Shown in pieces: positions 36,901 to 48,399 of a DNA stretch of 64,000 nucleotides. Positions within the stretch are counted from its first letter, which is position 1. Every line of letters begins with the position of its first letter. A model generated the notes under the pieces. The model was not told the DNA's origin and did not search any database. It was given only the letters and a program-made list of their open reading frames with translations. Both the position numbers and the translations under genes were made by a program. The stretch is from Saccostrea cucullata (taxonomy: Eukaryota), in NCBI RefSeq assembly GCF_032062105.1, contig NW_026930542.1:248001-312000 (forward strand), in the 5' to 3' direction.

Positions 36901-39900
36901 GTGTGCCAGGTATGGAGTAATGTTTAGATATCTACCTGTGTGCCAGGTGTGGAGTAGTGTCTAGATAACTACCTGTGTGCCAGGTGTGGAGTAGTGTCTA
37001 GATATCTACCTGTGTGCCAGGTATGGAGTAGTGTCTAGATATCTACCTGTGTGCCAGGTGTGGAGTAGTGTCTAGATATCTACCTGTGTGCCAGGTATGG
37101 AGTAGTGTCTTGATAACTACCTGTGTGCCAGGTATGGAGTAATGTCTAGATATCTACCAGTATGCCAGGTGTGGTGTGGAGTCTGTATATTTACCTGTAT
37201 GCATGGTGTGGTGTATGATATCTAGCTGTGTGTCCGGTGCGGTGAGGATGTTACTTGTGGTGATGTACCTGTGATTTACCTGTGTGGAGTTGTCTCTAGT
37301 TATCTACCTGTGTTGAGTTTTCTCTAGTTATCTACCTATGTGGAGTGGTCTCTAGTTATCTACCTGTGTGGAGTTGTCTCTAGTTATCTACCTGTGTTGA
37401 GTTGTCTCTAGTTATCTACCTGTGTGGAGTTGTCTCTAGTTATCTACCTGTGTGTGGAGTTGTCTCTAGTTATCTACCTGTGTGGAGTAATCTCTAGTTA
37501 CCTACCTGTGTGCCCGGTGTGGTGTGGTGTTTTATATCTACCTGTGTGGAGTTGTCTCTAGTTATCTACCTGTGTGCCCGGTGTGGTGGGTTTGTTTTAT
37601 ATCTATCTGTGTGCCTGGTGTGGTGTGGTGATTTATATCTACCTGTGTGCCTGGTGTTGTGTGGTGATTTATATCTACCTGTGTGCCCGGTGTGGTGTGG
37701 TGTGGTGTTTTATATCTACCTGTGTGCCCGCTGTGGTGTGGTGTTTTATATCTACCTGTGTGCCCGGTGTGGTGTGGTGAGGATGTTACTGGTGGTGATA
37801 TAAAAGTCTTCATCATTGTCACTGCTGCTCATCTCATCATCCTCCACAATAAACTGATCAAGGCTGTCAAACAACAGACATGCCAGGTAAAAATATATAC
37901 AGGGAAATAACATTATTTTTTTAATATTTCAAAAAATCCCTCTGACTATAAAATGACCATATTGTTTTTTCAAAAATGTACCGAGCTATTCATCAGGAAC
38001 TTATTTCCAGATTAAATAAAATACATGTACAAAATGAACATTTACTTAGGTACTTTATGTATAAAGTCATGCTCTCTCTCCCTCTTACACAAAGACTTTA
38101 CTGGTATATATACTAAATTCTTACAATGTTCCAATGTCTTGTTATAATCTTTAATCATAATAATGTGAATGCATTGATTTTCAAATGGTTATTCTACCTG
38201 GTTAAAGTTTTTAACTGATAAGTCATGCAATATAGTCATCACAAAAATAGGAAAATCTGCCAAACCTTGTGTTCTTCTTTGGAGTTTCCTTTGGTGACAC
38301 TTTCTTGGGTGCTTTCATCTTCTGGAAGACTGCAACAATCAACATACAATATTAAATAGCATAATGACATTTCATTATTAGAGTGTCTAAGGGACTTTGC
38401 AAACACCTGCGTAAAACCTGTTACAAAGGTAGCAAACACCTGTGTAGGGTAGTATATTTAAGAGGGTGTCTAAACTCACTCTGGTATACATTACATGATT
38501 CTGGTATACATTACATGATTCTGGTATACATTACATGATTCTGGTATACATCACTAGATTCACTCTTGTAATGCTTTGGTGTCCTGTAATTTAAAATTCA
38601 TTATTCTGAGTATGAGTATAAATAAAATCCTTATATTGTATGTCTCTTTTATCTGTGATTTGTAACAGTTGTCATACTTGCCTCCAGTGGACGGTACTAG
38701 GTTGTTCTTGACCAGTTTTACTGGATGCTTTGTTCTTTTTAGCAGAAAAGCCTCGATCAGAGAGAAAATCATCGGAATCGGACGACAGAATTCCCTCATC
38801 CCACTGTAACCCTGCCCCCTTAACATCAGGTAAATCATTGTCTGAGTCTGAGGAAATGTCCACATATTTTGCTGTTTTCAATTTACTGGCACTGTTTCCC
38901 ACTTTGTCTTTGGTGTGTTTTATCCTTTGATCAATGTCTGGTAAAGAGTCATCCAAGTCTGATGAATTTTCTACTATACATTCCTTTTCTTCATTTAAAT
39001 CTTCAGTCCCATTATCCAGTATGACCTTTTCCACCTCTGGAGTTATTCTCACATTTGTAACACCTGGTGCCTTTTGGACAACATTCTTTGTTACAGGAGT
39101 AAAGAGGCCATCACTAAAGCTTTCTTCATCGCTGCTGAAGTTAGTGTGACCCATACTTCCACTTTCTTCCTTACTTTTACATTTCTCTGAATTTTCAATG
39201 AAATTTTCCTCTGAGGACAAATTCTGTTCTGTTTTAAAATATCTATCCCCCTCCCTCTCTACATAATGGATATCAAGGTTTTGTGTAGCTTTCCCAGAAG
39301 AAATTTTGCTTCCATGATCATCTTTTTGTGAACCTTTGATGAAGCTTGTCTGGAATGATCTCTCTTCTACCTCCACATATGAAGACCCCGACTCTGTATC
39401 CTCATCAAAGTCTTTCTGGCTATGAACAACTGCACTGGTCTGTAAGGAAACATCTTCTATTTCAACATAAGAGGAATCAGTACTTTCTTCCACACGATTG
39501 GATACTTCTTCTGTCTCAACATCAGTTACTATAACAATCGGTTCATGAACAGAATATATTCCAGAGCTATCACTGCTGTTCTGCAATAAATCATTCTGAG
39601 AGGAATCAGTTCCAGGTTTCTGAGATTTAGAAACAGATAAACATTTTACCGATATCTCTTTGACATCTGCTTGAGCTGAAGCGTCCTCAATCTCTATGTA
39701 GGAAGAGTTATCTGTCCTTTCTGCACTCTCGACAGAACTCTCGGGGATGCTCTGTAAATCTTCTAATGTCTGGACAGCTTCCTCTGGAATATCATCACCT
39801 AAACCTTCCATCACAGTCTGAAAAGCAGGACCAGGCTCCAATACCTCACAAGGAGCTGTGGTGTAAAGCTGTGTTTCTTCATGTCTTGATCTGTTAACCT

Positions 39901-42900
39901 GCATCACACTTATGGAATTAGTCAGATCTTCCTTAGGACAGTGTGATTGTTTTCCATCTTTCATTATATTGAGCTGTCTATAAGAATCTTCCTCAGTTAA
40001 GCTTTGTCTTGTACTTTTGTTTTGTGAACTCTCTTTTTCTGAAAGGTTGGAACTACTGGACAAGTCTAGAAGCTTGTCAATGCTTTCTCTGCTGTGAATT
40101 CTTGTAGATTCTTGAATGGGATTTCCAACTTCGACAGTTGAAATGGAGTACCTTTTGTCCCTGTTTATAGGAAAAACTGGTGATATATTTTCTGTATCTG
40201 CTGATGGAATAATGGATATGCGAGTTGTCTTCTTCAGTTTTTTCTTTGTTTCTTTCCATTCCTTAGTTAAATCAATACAGGCTTTGGATTTCCTGGGTAA
40301 GACTTGTTCTATAAAGTCTTCATTACTGCTATGTATTTGTTTCTCCTGCAGTGGTGATGAGTTAAAAGAGAGCTTGTGTTTTTCTGTAACTTTCTCTAGG
40401 AGGGGATTTTCTTTGGATCTGTGGGCATTCAGTGATTCCTTTTCTGTAAAAAAAAAAAACATAGGTAATCAGAGATTACAGAGCTCACCTCAACGAATGT
40501 TGTCTTTAAGTAAGGCAAAGTCACACAATTAACCAACAAAAAGTGTACATCCAAAAAATGCAAAATTTATGCAATTTTGATTTGATACTTTGGAATAGAC
40601 CTATATAAAAACTTCAAACTAGTACTTCATCATGAAAACGTAATTAAAATCCAGCATCTGAAGCAAGTTTCAGAGTTTTATCCCTTGATGCATCATTTGT
40701 GCAAGTTTGGTTTATATAAGTCTTAAAGTTTCTTGGTAATAGACCTGCACCCATAACTTTTATGAGGTCCATTATCTGGAAAATGTGTGTCGAATTCAGC
40801 ATCTGAAGCAAGTCCATTAGTGTGCATCCTAAGATGTATCATCCATGCAAGTTTGCTCAACATAGAGCTCAAAGTTACTTGGAAATGAAACCTGTATAAA
40901 AAACTAACCTTTCCACTAATCCAGAAAATGTAGGTCAGATTCAGCATCCGAAGCCAGCCTAGTAGAATGCACCCTTAGATGTACCATCCATGCAAGTTTG
41001 GTCATTATAGGGCTCAAAGTTACTTGGAAATGAATCCTGCACCAAAAACTTGAACCTGTACACTCGTCCAGAAAATGTAGGTCAGATTCAGCATCGGAAG
41101 CAAGTCTGGTAGTATGCATCCTAAGATGTATCATCCATGCAAGTTTAGTCATTATAGGGCTCATAGTACCTTGGAAATGAAACCTGCACCAAAAACTTTA
41201 ACCTGTTCACTCAACCGGAAAATGTAGGTCAGATTCAGCATCCGAAGCAAGTCTGGTAGTATGCATCCTAAGATATACCATCCATGCAAGTTTGGTCATT
41301 ATAGGGCTCATAGTCACTTGGAAATGAAACCTGCACCAATACTTTAACCTCTTCACTCAACTGGAAAATGTAGGTCAGATTCAGCATCCGAAGCAAGTCT
41401 GGTAGTATGCATCCTAAGATGTACCATCCATGCAAGTTTGGTCATTATAGGGCTCATAGTAACTTGGAAATGAAACCTGCACCAAATACTTTAACCTGTT
41501 CACTAAACCGAAAAATGTAGGTCAGATTCAGCATCAGAAGCAAGTCTGGTAGTATGCATCCTAAGATGTAACATCCATGCAAGTTTGGTCACTATAGTGC
41601 TTATAGTTACTCGGAAATGAGACCTGCACAGAAACATAAACGCCGACACCGACACCGAGGGTATTACATAAGCTCCCCCAACTTCGTTGAGGTGAGATAA
41701 AAAAGGTATGAACTATTAAAATTCAAAGACAAAAAATATTCTGAGAAAATTATTTGGCACAACATCCCATTTGAAATTAATATCACCAATGAAATATTGG
41801 TGCTCAAAGCATGATACATATTGTGACCCCACCCTATCCCACTGATCATAATTTAGACAATTTGAAATCTACACTACCCCAGGATGCTTCAACATAAGTT
41901 TCAGCTTTTCTGGCCCAGTGGTTCTTGAGAAGAAGATTTTTAAAGATTTTTCCTGTATGTTTCTATGTAAAACTTGGATTCCCATTGTGGCCCCACCCTA
42001 CCCCCCGGGGTCATGATTTGAACAATTTAGAATCTACACTACACCAGGATACTTCCACATAAGTTTCAGCTTTTTTGGCCAAGTGGTTCCTGAGAAGAAG
42101 ATTTTTAAAGATTTTTCCTAAATATTTCTATGTAAAACTTTGATTCCCCAATGTGGCCCCATCCAAGCCCCGAGGGTCATGATTTGAGCAACTTAGAATC
42201 TACACTACACCAGGATCATTCCACAAATGTTTCAGCTTTTCTGGCCCAGTGGTTCTTGAGAAGAAGATTTTTAAAGATTTTTCCTATATGTTTCTATGTT
42301 AAACTTTGATTCCCCATAGTGGCCCCATCCAACCCCCGGGGGTCATGATTTGAACAATTCAGAATCTACACTACCCCAGGATGCTTCCTCATAAGTTTCA
42401 GCTTTTCTGGCCCAGTGGTTCTTGAGAAGAAGATTTTTAAAGATTTTTCCTATATATTTCTATGTAAAACTTTGATTCCCCATTGTGGGCCCGCCCTATC
42501 CCCGGGGGTCATGATTTGAATAATTTTGAATCTACACTTTCCCAGGATGCTTATACATAAGTTTCAGCTTTTCTGGCCAAGTGGTTCTTGAGAAGATTTT
42601 TTAATAACCCCACCCTATTTTTGTCTTTTCTTGATTATCTCCCCTTGTGAGAAAACTTGGCCCTTCATTTTAAGAATTTAAATTTCCCTTAACCCAAGGA
42701 TGCTTTGCACCAAGTTTGGTCAAAATTGGCCCAGTGGTTCTTGAGAAGATTAGTCGAAAATGTAGAAAAGTTTACAGACAGACGGACGACGGACAAAATG
42801 TGATCAGAAAAGCTCACTTGAGCCTTCGGTTCAGGTGAGCTAAAAACTAAAGATTGAAATATACCTTTATCTGAACCATTCGCCACTTTACCAACTCTGG

Positions 42901-43231
42901 ATTTTGTTGATCTTTTTTTGCTACTCTTGGACAACTGTAAAAATTTAAGTCACATTAATCATTTCATACAATTAATGAAAGAAAAAAATTAATGAAGTAA
43001 ATTGTTTTTTGTACAAATAAAAAAAATTGTTTGCACAAACAGGCTTCTCTTTATTAGACATACTGTCTTCAGTGCTGTTTCTAAATTATTGTATTTGAAC
43101 CATCCCAACTGATCTCCCATCTTTTTGAACATCTCAGCAACATTTGCTTTTGGGTCACATGATAAAGGTGTACTGGTACACTGTACAGACTCTGTCTCCG
43201 TTGGTGTATCAGGAGCAGTCTCTTCACTCAT
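21931..43231 (-). CDS. GCNA: GCNA / ACRC (germ cell nuclear acidic protein; SprT-family metalloprotease); spliced, ~13 coding exons, ~1030 aa
   Basis: Exons: 43064-43231, 42865-42934, 38682-40443 (GC donor), 38564-38583 (uncertain), 38266-38329, 37756-37863, 27511-27563, 25194-25350, 23629-23713, 23201-23339, 22876-22972, 22477-22584, 21931-22189. SprT domain: LFKLYNETVFENKLPEDLLILWNNRLLKTAGYC..VELSTKVCDSPERVRDTLIHELCHAAVW..GHGPYW. Zinc ribbon: YQCSKCG..IGRHSKSLD..VCGFCHG. HMG-like tail: NKFAMYVKENYG..HGEIMKLLGKAF. The N-terminal region is long, acidic and disordered. Confidence 0.92.
24075..25192. repeat. 17-bp minisatellite (CTGATTGAGACTGAGCC)n abutting a GCNA splice donor
   Basis: Near-perfect units next to the donor at 25193, degenerating toward 24075. 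Confidence 0.95.
24633..24750. mobile_element. Small palindromic MITE within the 17-bp array
   Basis: cctgggggccataaaact..agttttacggccctcagg ends; internal stem ctcacttttgatctcagtctcactttt / aaaagtgagactgagattaaaagtgag. Confidence 0.7.
25838..27449 (-). mobile_element. HINE with ~145-bp internal repeats (aaaagtaggtcacagtgacctac)
   Basis: 3' end caagaggcccaagggcc; 5' end agctctttgagcctttggctcagaagagctaa; tandem internal units. Confidence 0.8.
27694..28273. mobile_element. Kolobok-like MITE, ~55-bp TIRs
   Basis: agaactatatgcggtat..tttgccccc / gggggcaaa..ataccgcatatagttct; each flank is one mismatch from TTAA. Confidence 0.75.
28495..28667. mobile_element. Tc1/mariner-type MITE with TA TSD
   Basis: ta|cagtaaaact..agttttgctg|ta. 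Confidence 0.65.
29317..32575. mobile_element. Non-autonomous DNA transposon, CAGGGCTCT TIRs, 5-bp TSD TATCT (hAT5-like)
   Basis: tatct|cagggctct..agagccctg|tatct; sub-terminal ggggccgttcaa / ttgaacggcccc. Confidence 0.85.
30799..32170 (+). mobile_element. HINE with 156-bp internal tandem repeat (~7 units), nested in the 5-bp-TSD element
   Basis: Sub-TIR agctctactgg / ccagtagagct, (GTCT)n microsatellite and 3' hairpin agtctcgacagagact; units at 30911, 31067, 31223 and onward. Confidence 0.88.
33488..34661 (-). mobile_element. HINE with 146-bp internal repeat (~7 units)
   Basis: Terminal hairpin ataccccccaaacttcgtttgcggggggtat, (GACA)n, sub-TIR ataccccc and 3' hairpin tgtcc..ggaca; inserted at AA/TT. 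Confidence 0.88.
35113..35594. mobile_element. hAT MITE with 8-bp TSD GTTCCCAC
   Basis: gttcccac|tagggctgt..acagcccta|gttcccac; sub-terminal CGATA repeats. Confidence 0.9.
38481..38551. repeat. 20-bp tandem repeat (CTGGTATACATTACATGATT) x3.5
   Basis: Direct reading; adjoins the small GCNA exon starting at 38583. Confidence 0.9.
38682..40443 (-). CDS. GCNA: GCNA large acidic/Ser-rich intrinsically disordered exon
   Basis: 596-aa ORF 38672-40462, E/D/S-rich; the cag acceptor at 40444-40446 is phase-compatible with exon 42865-42934. Confidence 0.85.
40457..41702 (-). mobile_element. HINE with ~147-bp internal repeat (~7 units)
   Basis: 3' hairpin gtaatcagagattac with sub-TIR agctcacc; 5' end agctcccccaacttcgttgaggtgagataaaa; (CCGACA)n. 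Confidence 0.85.
41790..42846 (-). mobile_element. HINE with ~167-bp Cg170-like repeats (~5 units)
   Basis: Terminus agctcacttgagccttcggttcaggtgagctaaaa; same repeat unit as 60547-62162. Confidence 0.9.
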
Positions 43232-43991
43232 TCTGAAGTCTCTAAAGTATCATATATTGTTAGTTGTCAGTTTTGATGTTTATGCAGAAACATTACTTAC
43301 ATAAGTAACATTTTATGGATGACTTTACTTTACCGGTCCCCAGAATATCACACCTTATGTGACTTCAATATATACATGAGAGCGTCTAAATTTTTAAAAC
43401 AGTTTTGACCCCCATATCAAATTTTACAATTAAAAGTTTAGTTTAAAATTTTGTTTTTATTAGAAGTTCTTAACCTTGTTCTCTAAAAAAAATTGACAAT
43501 TCAGTGTAAAGGATCCAGAAAACAATTAAGTGAACAAAGTGCATGAGGAACATATGCATTAGTGCCATTTCTTTTGTAATTAAGCATTTTTTGTTCAGGT
43601 AAACAAACCAAAGAGATGTTCTTAAAGAGGAATTAGGATCTTGCAAAAATTATATATAAATGCAACTGAATATCGTAATCTAGGACAAGATACTACCCCT
43701 AGTCTCTTGGATGGTATGAGAGTACCAGATTAACCCATGCAGCCAGGAGTAAGACTTATCTCTCAGACCGATGCAAGACTAACCCTCATCAGTCAAAAAC
43801 TTGCAGAAGGACTAACCCAAACCTTTCAGTAGGTGCAAGACTAACACTAGCCAGCAGGTCTGGTACAATCACTAGATTTAGCTATGTAGCTTGATTTACC
43901 TACTTAGCTTTATCTTCCTACCTGAGGTAGCTTTATTTAGCTACCAAATCAATTTATTTCTATAAAAAAGCATTTTTCTCAGGGTGTGCAC

Positions 43992-44090
43992 TAGGGATGT
44001 GCGATTTGATTGGTATATCGTGATTTTTTGTTGCGTGATACATATCGTGATACGGAGACCTAAATACCGGTCTTTAGGTACATATTATAA
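43992..44090. mobile_element. hAT-like MITE left end (TAGGGATGTG.., CGTGAT repeats)
   Basis: Similar in style to the element at 35113; no right TIR identified. Confidence 0.45.
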
Positions 44091-44177
44091 AGTCCAGAAA
44101 TTATTCATTTATTTGTTCAATCTTTCAAATTACAATTACAGAAAGTATAAAAAATGTTGTAAAAAGTGAAAAGAACA

Positions 44178-44509
44178 GCATCTTACCATCCAAACATAAT
44201 TGATTTTATATACATAAAAATTTCAAGAAAGTAAAATTTTGTTTCTCTAGCATATTTTTTAGAAAAATAATGACCGGACCTGGCCAATATCAGTTGACTA
44301 AAGTAAATCTTATGTCATTGTGCAATGAGACAGTGGAGAACGGCATCTTACCATCCAAACATAATTGATTTTATATAGGGCCTAAATAAAAATTTCAAGA
44401 AAGTAAAATTTTGTTTTTCTAGCATATTTTTTAGAAAAATAATGACAAGACCTGGCCAATATCAGTTGACTAAAGTAAATTTTATGTCATTGTGCAATGA
44501 GACAGTGGA
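44178..44509. repeat. Tandem duplication of a ~165-bp segment
   Basis: gcatcttaccatccaaac..gagacagtgga occurs twice. Confidence 0.85.
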
Positions 44510-44729
44510 TCTTGGAAATCTGGGGACCCGTAAAGTAAAGTCTATCCCATCTTATGTACATACTATTTCGGTTTAAGATAGGTTTAAATAAATACAAATT
44601 ATTTATCAAAAAAAACAAAACATCAACGGTGATGAATAAGAACTCTTCTTAAAATAAAGTAAAAATCACTCATCAAATTATGACTGATTACATGTTTTGC
44701 TATATAAAGCAATTGATACAGTTAGAAAA

Positions 44730-46111
44730 TGGACACCCTTACGTTTCGGGACCCCGACGTTTATGACAACACGTTTCGGGACTTGGGTTAACACGTTTCG
44801 GGACTTGGGCTAAGACGTACGTTTCGGGACTTCTAAATATTTTGTTAAGGAAATGAAATAAAACTTGTTTACTTGTGTTTTTAAGTTTATAATTTCTTAG
44901 TTTGATACACAATTTATAATTTAAAAAGCACAGATTGGAGTTTTTATTAGTTTTTAAAGTTTGCATACGGCATGGAGCACGCCTGCGAGAAAATCAAAGT
45001 CTCTTTAATTTCTTATTTTAGTATTTGATATATTACCTTTATAAAATAGTTGGTTAACATTTGACCAAAATTTAATTCAAAAAAAATTTTTTTAAATATG
45101 TATTTGATTTATTTATAGTGTTTGATACGAGAGAATACAGTCGTAACTGCTGTGTGAAGACCACGGACCTAAGACTATCTTTCTCTCCATTTAAAAAAAA
45201 ACATATTTATTTATTTACAAAGGCTCAAGCTAGCACACGAGCAGTAAAAACTTTACGTTTTACGGGTAGTTGTTTTAAATCAGAATCTGAAATGTTCCAT
45301 ATTCAACTTTTTAAACATCAATTTATAGAATTTATAATTATTATTTTAAAGAAAGTTAATCCCTCGAAAGTTCCAAATATTCCCGTTACATATTATTGTA
45401 CTATCAAAATTGTTAATTTGTCTACAATGATATTCTCAATTTATTTCTGAAACTCAATTATGTTTTTAAAGCTGTAGGCACATGACACATCTCAAAATAT
45501 TACTAACCGTGTGTTCCTAACATATTCTTTGAAATTTAAAACTAAAGACATTATTTGAAACCAAATGAAATCATACAAAACATTCCTCATAATTGTTGTT
45601 ATTCATAGAAATGGTCAGGCTCCTGGCATTTTTTGATAAAAAAAAAAAATATTTGAAACCGTTTGGGAAAAAATAGACAAAATCAAGTTCAAAACGTATT
45701 GAAAACCTATCTTTTATATTGCAATCATGGGCACGTTATCGCTTATTTATATTGCCATTTTGGTTTCAAAGATAATTCAGTCCAATGTGCTTAACACCAA
45801 CACCTGACCTTAGTTGTTGTTTTAACAATTTACCGACATATTTTTTAAAGATATAAAACAGTTGGAAATCATGTCAACTACTTAAAGTTTGCCCCCCCCC
45901 CCCCCCCCCTTACCACACACTCAAGAAAAAATAACTAAAAAAAAAAAAAATTTGATAATATAGAAATAAAAATGAATTTTGGAGAGAGTAGTATTTTTTG
46001 AAATCATATTAAAATTCTTTGCAATGGATGTGTAAGAATAATATGGAAAAATTAACCAACGTCGTATTTGTCAGGTCCCGAAACGTCGTGGTCCCGAAAC
46101 ATCTTGCACCC
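44730..46111. mobile_element. Non-autonomous DNA element with sub-terminal ACGTTTCGGGAC repeats
   Basis: Four acgtttcgggac at 44741-44831; two inverted gtcccgaaac at 46075-46100. Confidence 0.65.
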
Positions 46112-47323
46112 TTATGTTCAATAGTGTTGTTACGATAGTCGCCGCACTTTTTTGTGCGCAATAAATATACGGTTTTTTTTGAGCAGGTTTAAATATTCAC
46201 CAAAGGGACGTCACTCTAATTGGCGGTAAACAAAATGGCGAACGTGCATGGTGAAGAGGTTGACGCCCAGTTATATTCATATCCTGGTGCTATTCAAAAT
46301 ATTTTTTTCGGAGAGCTATTCAATTTGATAATCTGTAAAAGCGATTTTACACTGTAACGAGTGGCATGTACGTTTACATAATCCATGGCATAAATTAACC
46401 CTACATAAAGAAAAATAATTATTATTATAACACGCACCTTTCAACCGGAAGAGAAATTGAATTTCGCGCACTTTCGTATGTCGCAAAATATTGCAGTCAG
46501 AGTGCAATGTGATTTGCTCAATACTTTGAATTTAATCAGCTTGAACAATCAAACATTTCACGAACTTGAAATGTTAGTACAAAACTTTATGATAATCTTC
46601 ATGTTAATGAAATTCATAAATTATGAATTTTGCAGCATTCGTAATCTGACCATCGCTGAATTTTGAGAGTTTGACAAACCCAAACCTGTCAGATTTTGGT
46701 AAGTGGACCCTTTTGGATGCATTTTTCAGTGGAAATAACAAAATGTTTCAAGAAAATATCTATGATTGTTCATTTTACACATTTTGTGAAAATAATATCA
46801 AGGAAATCATTCTAAATAGGTAGGTTTCTGAAGCAGTTTGCTTTGGTAATTAGCACTGAAGCAGAATACTGTGCTATTTTAATATTTATTTATTTACTCA
46901 AACCCAATAAGGGGTTGAATATTATATAAAACATATAAGGTCATCAATTTACCTAGTTTAAAACATATTATTCCATCTATTCATTTTGTAACGTTTTAAA
47001 AAAAAAAATGAGCTATATCTTTGAATCTCCACACCAATGTACCCTTTCACAATAACTGCGGTACTACTCTTTTGCAGGATAAATTAATAACGTTTGGTTA
47101 AGTTTTTGTTTATAGATAATTTAATGACGTTTATTTTAGTCATATTTCCCCAAAATATATTGCCCTGCAAAAGAACAGTATGCTTTAACAGTATAAATGG
47201 CATGCAGAGAATGATTGAGCTAGCTATCTTGTAAATGATTTGCATCTTCTTCTGTAGTGATAACTTTCGGATGATATTTTGTAATGATTCCAATCGTAAT
47301 TTTATTTATTGATTTCCTGTGTT

Positions 47324-47900
47324 CAGGACTCGACATTAACGCTTGTCCGCTTGTCCGGTACCAATGAAAAAAAATTTCGGACAAGTGAATATTGCTGGGC
47401 ACTTGTCCGATTAGACAAGTGCATTTTAATGTAAAGGGGTCTTTAATAAAAAGAACGACTGTTGAAAAAAATCAAGACGGAAGCTGTACATAAAATCCAA
47501 ACTTCGATCCCGATATATATCACTATATTAATATTGAGTTCACATTCGATCGGGATCGAAGTTCACAAATTGCATACTACTGAAAAATCATGGAAGATAC
47601 GAACCGAAGTGTGAATATTGTTTGATGTTGACAGTTTCACTTGTGGACATTTATGTTATTGTCAGGACAGAAAGCCTAAATAAAATTTCGCTTTATGTGT
47701 CTGTTGTATTCATCAATAACATCAAGAATCAATCAAGGGCATGACATGTGTAAATAAATGGACTTAATTTTAATTTTCAAGTTGAAACTATTGAACTTTA
47801 TTGAAAATTTTCGGACAAGTGAAGTTGAAATTCGGACAAGTAAATGTCTTGGTCACTTGTCGAATGGACAGGTAGGAAAAAAAGTTAATGTCAAGCCCTG
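47324..47900. mobile_element. MITE with CAGG(A/G)CT(C/T)GACATTAAC TIRs and 5-bp TSD GTGTT (hAT5-like)
   Basis: gtgtt|caggactcgacattaac..gttaatgtcaagccctg|gtgtt; internal cttgtccg/cggacaag repeats. Confidence 0.85.
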
Positions 47901-48399
47901 GTGTTTTGATTGGACGAAAAACTACTTTCTTGACCTAGCTTTTATTGAGAAAAATCCAACAAATACTTCTAGTCTCTGTAAGGTAAATGATTACAGAAAC
48001 TTAAACATGTTACATAAACATAATTCACAAAACTGGCAACAAACAGGAGAGAGTGTGGAATATAATGTTTATGTCACTGTCAAATCATGAGTGTGAATTT
48101 TTAAATCATCATGGTTTTTTGTTGTTTATGTCAACATGGTCAAGGACGAATTCTTCTAAAGTCTACTTGTATTTAGGATATTTGTAGACTTCAACAATAT
48201 TTTAAGGAGTTTATAAGTTTATTTTTAATTATTGAATGTTTGAAAATTAAAGTTGAACTATTTTAATGTTCATTTAATTATGTTTCATTTCCACATCTCA
48301 GTCTGAAGTACAGAAATAACTGATTGTATGGAGGCTTCAAAAGAGAAATAATTTTAAAACTTTGTAATTGGAATTATAAGAATTAGATGGTCTTTTTCT

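Larger units (their letters stand above)
28668..37755. repeat. Compound minisatellite (28-, 37-, 27- and 32-40-bp units) sharing ATCTACCTGTGT, interrupted by three insertions
   Basis: (CTACCTGTGTAGAGTGGTGTCTAGATAT)n at 28668-33090; (ATCTACCTGTGTGCCAGGTATGGAGTAGTGTCTAGAT)n at 33170-37160; shorter and longer variants up to the exon at 37756. Confidence 0.95.

Noticed and set aside
37510-37910. Cys/Val- or His-rich ORFs
   Set aside because: Repeat translations overlapping the true exon 37756-37863 in other frames or on the other strand.
38730-40532. Plus-strand ORFs opposite the big GCNA exon (likewise opposite UBN exons at 9638, 10148, 14708 and 15873)
   Set aside because: Antisense shadows of real coding exons.
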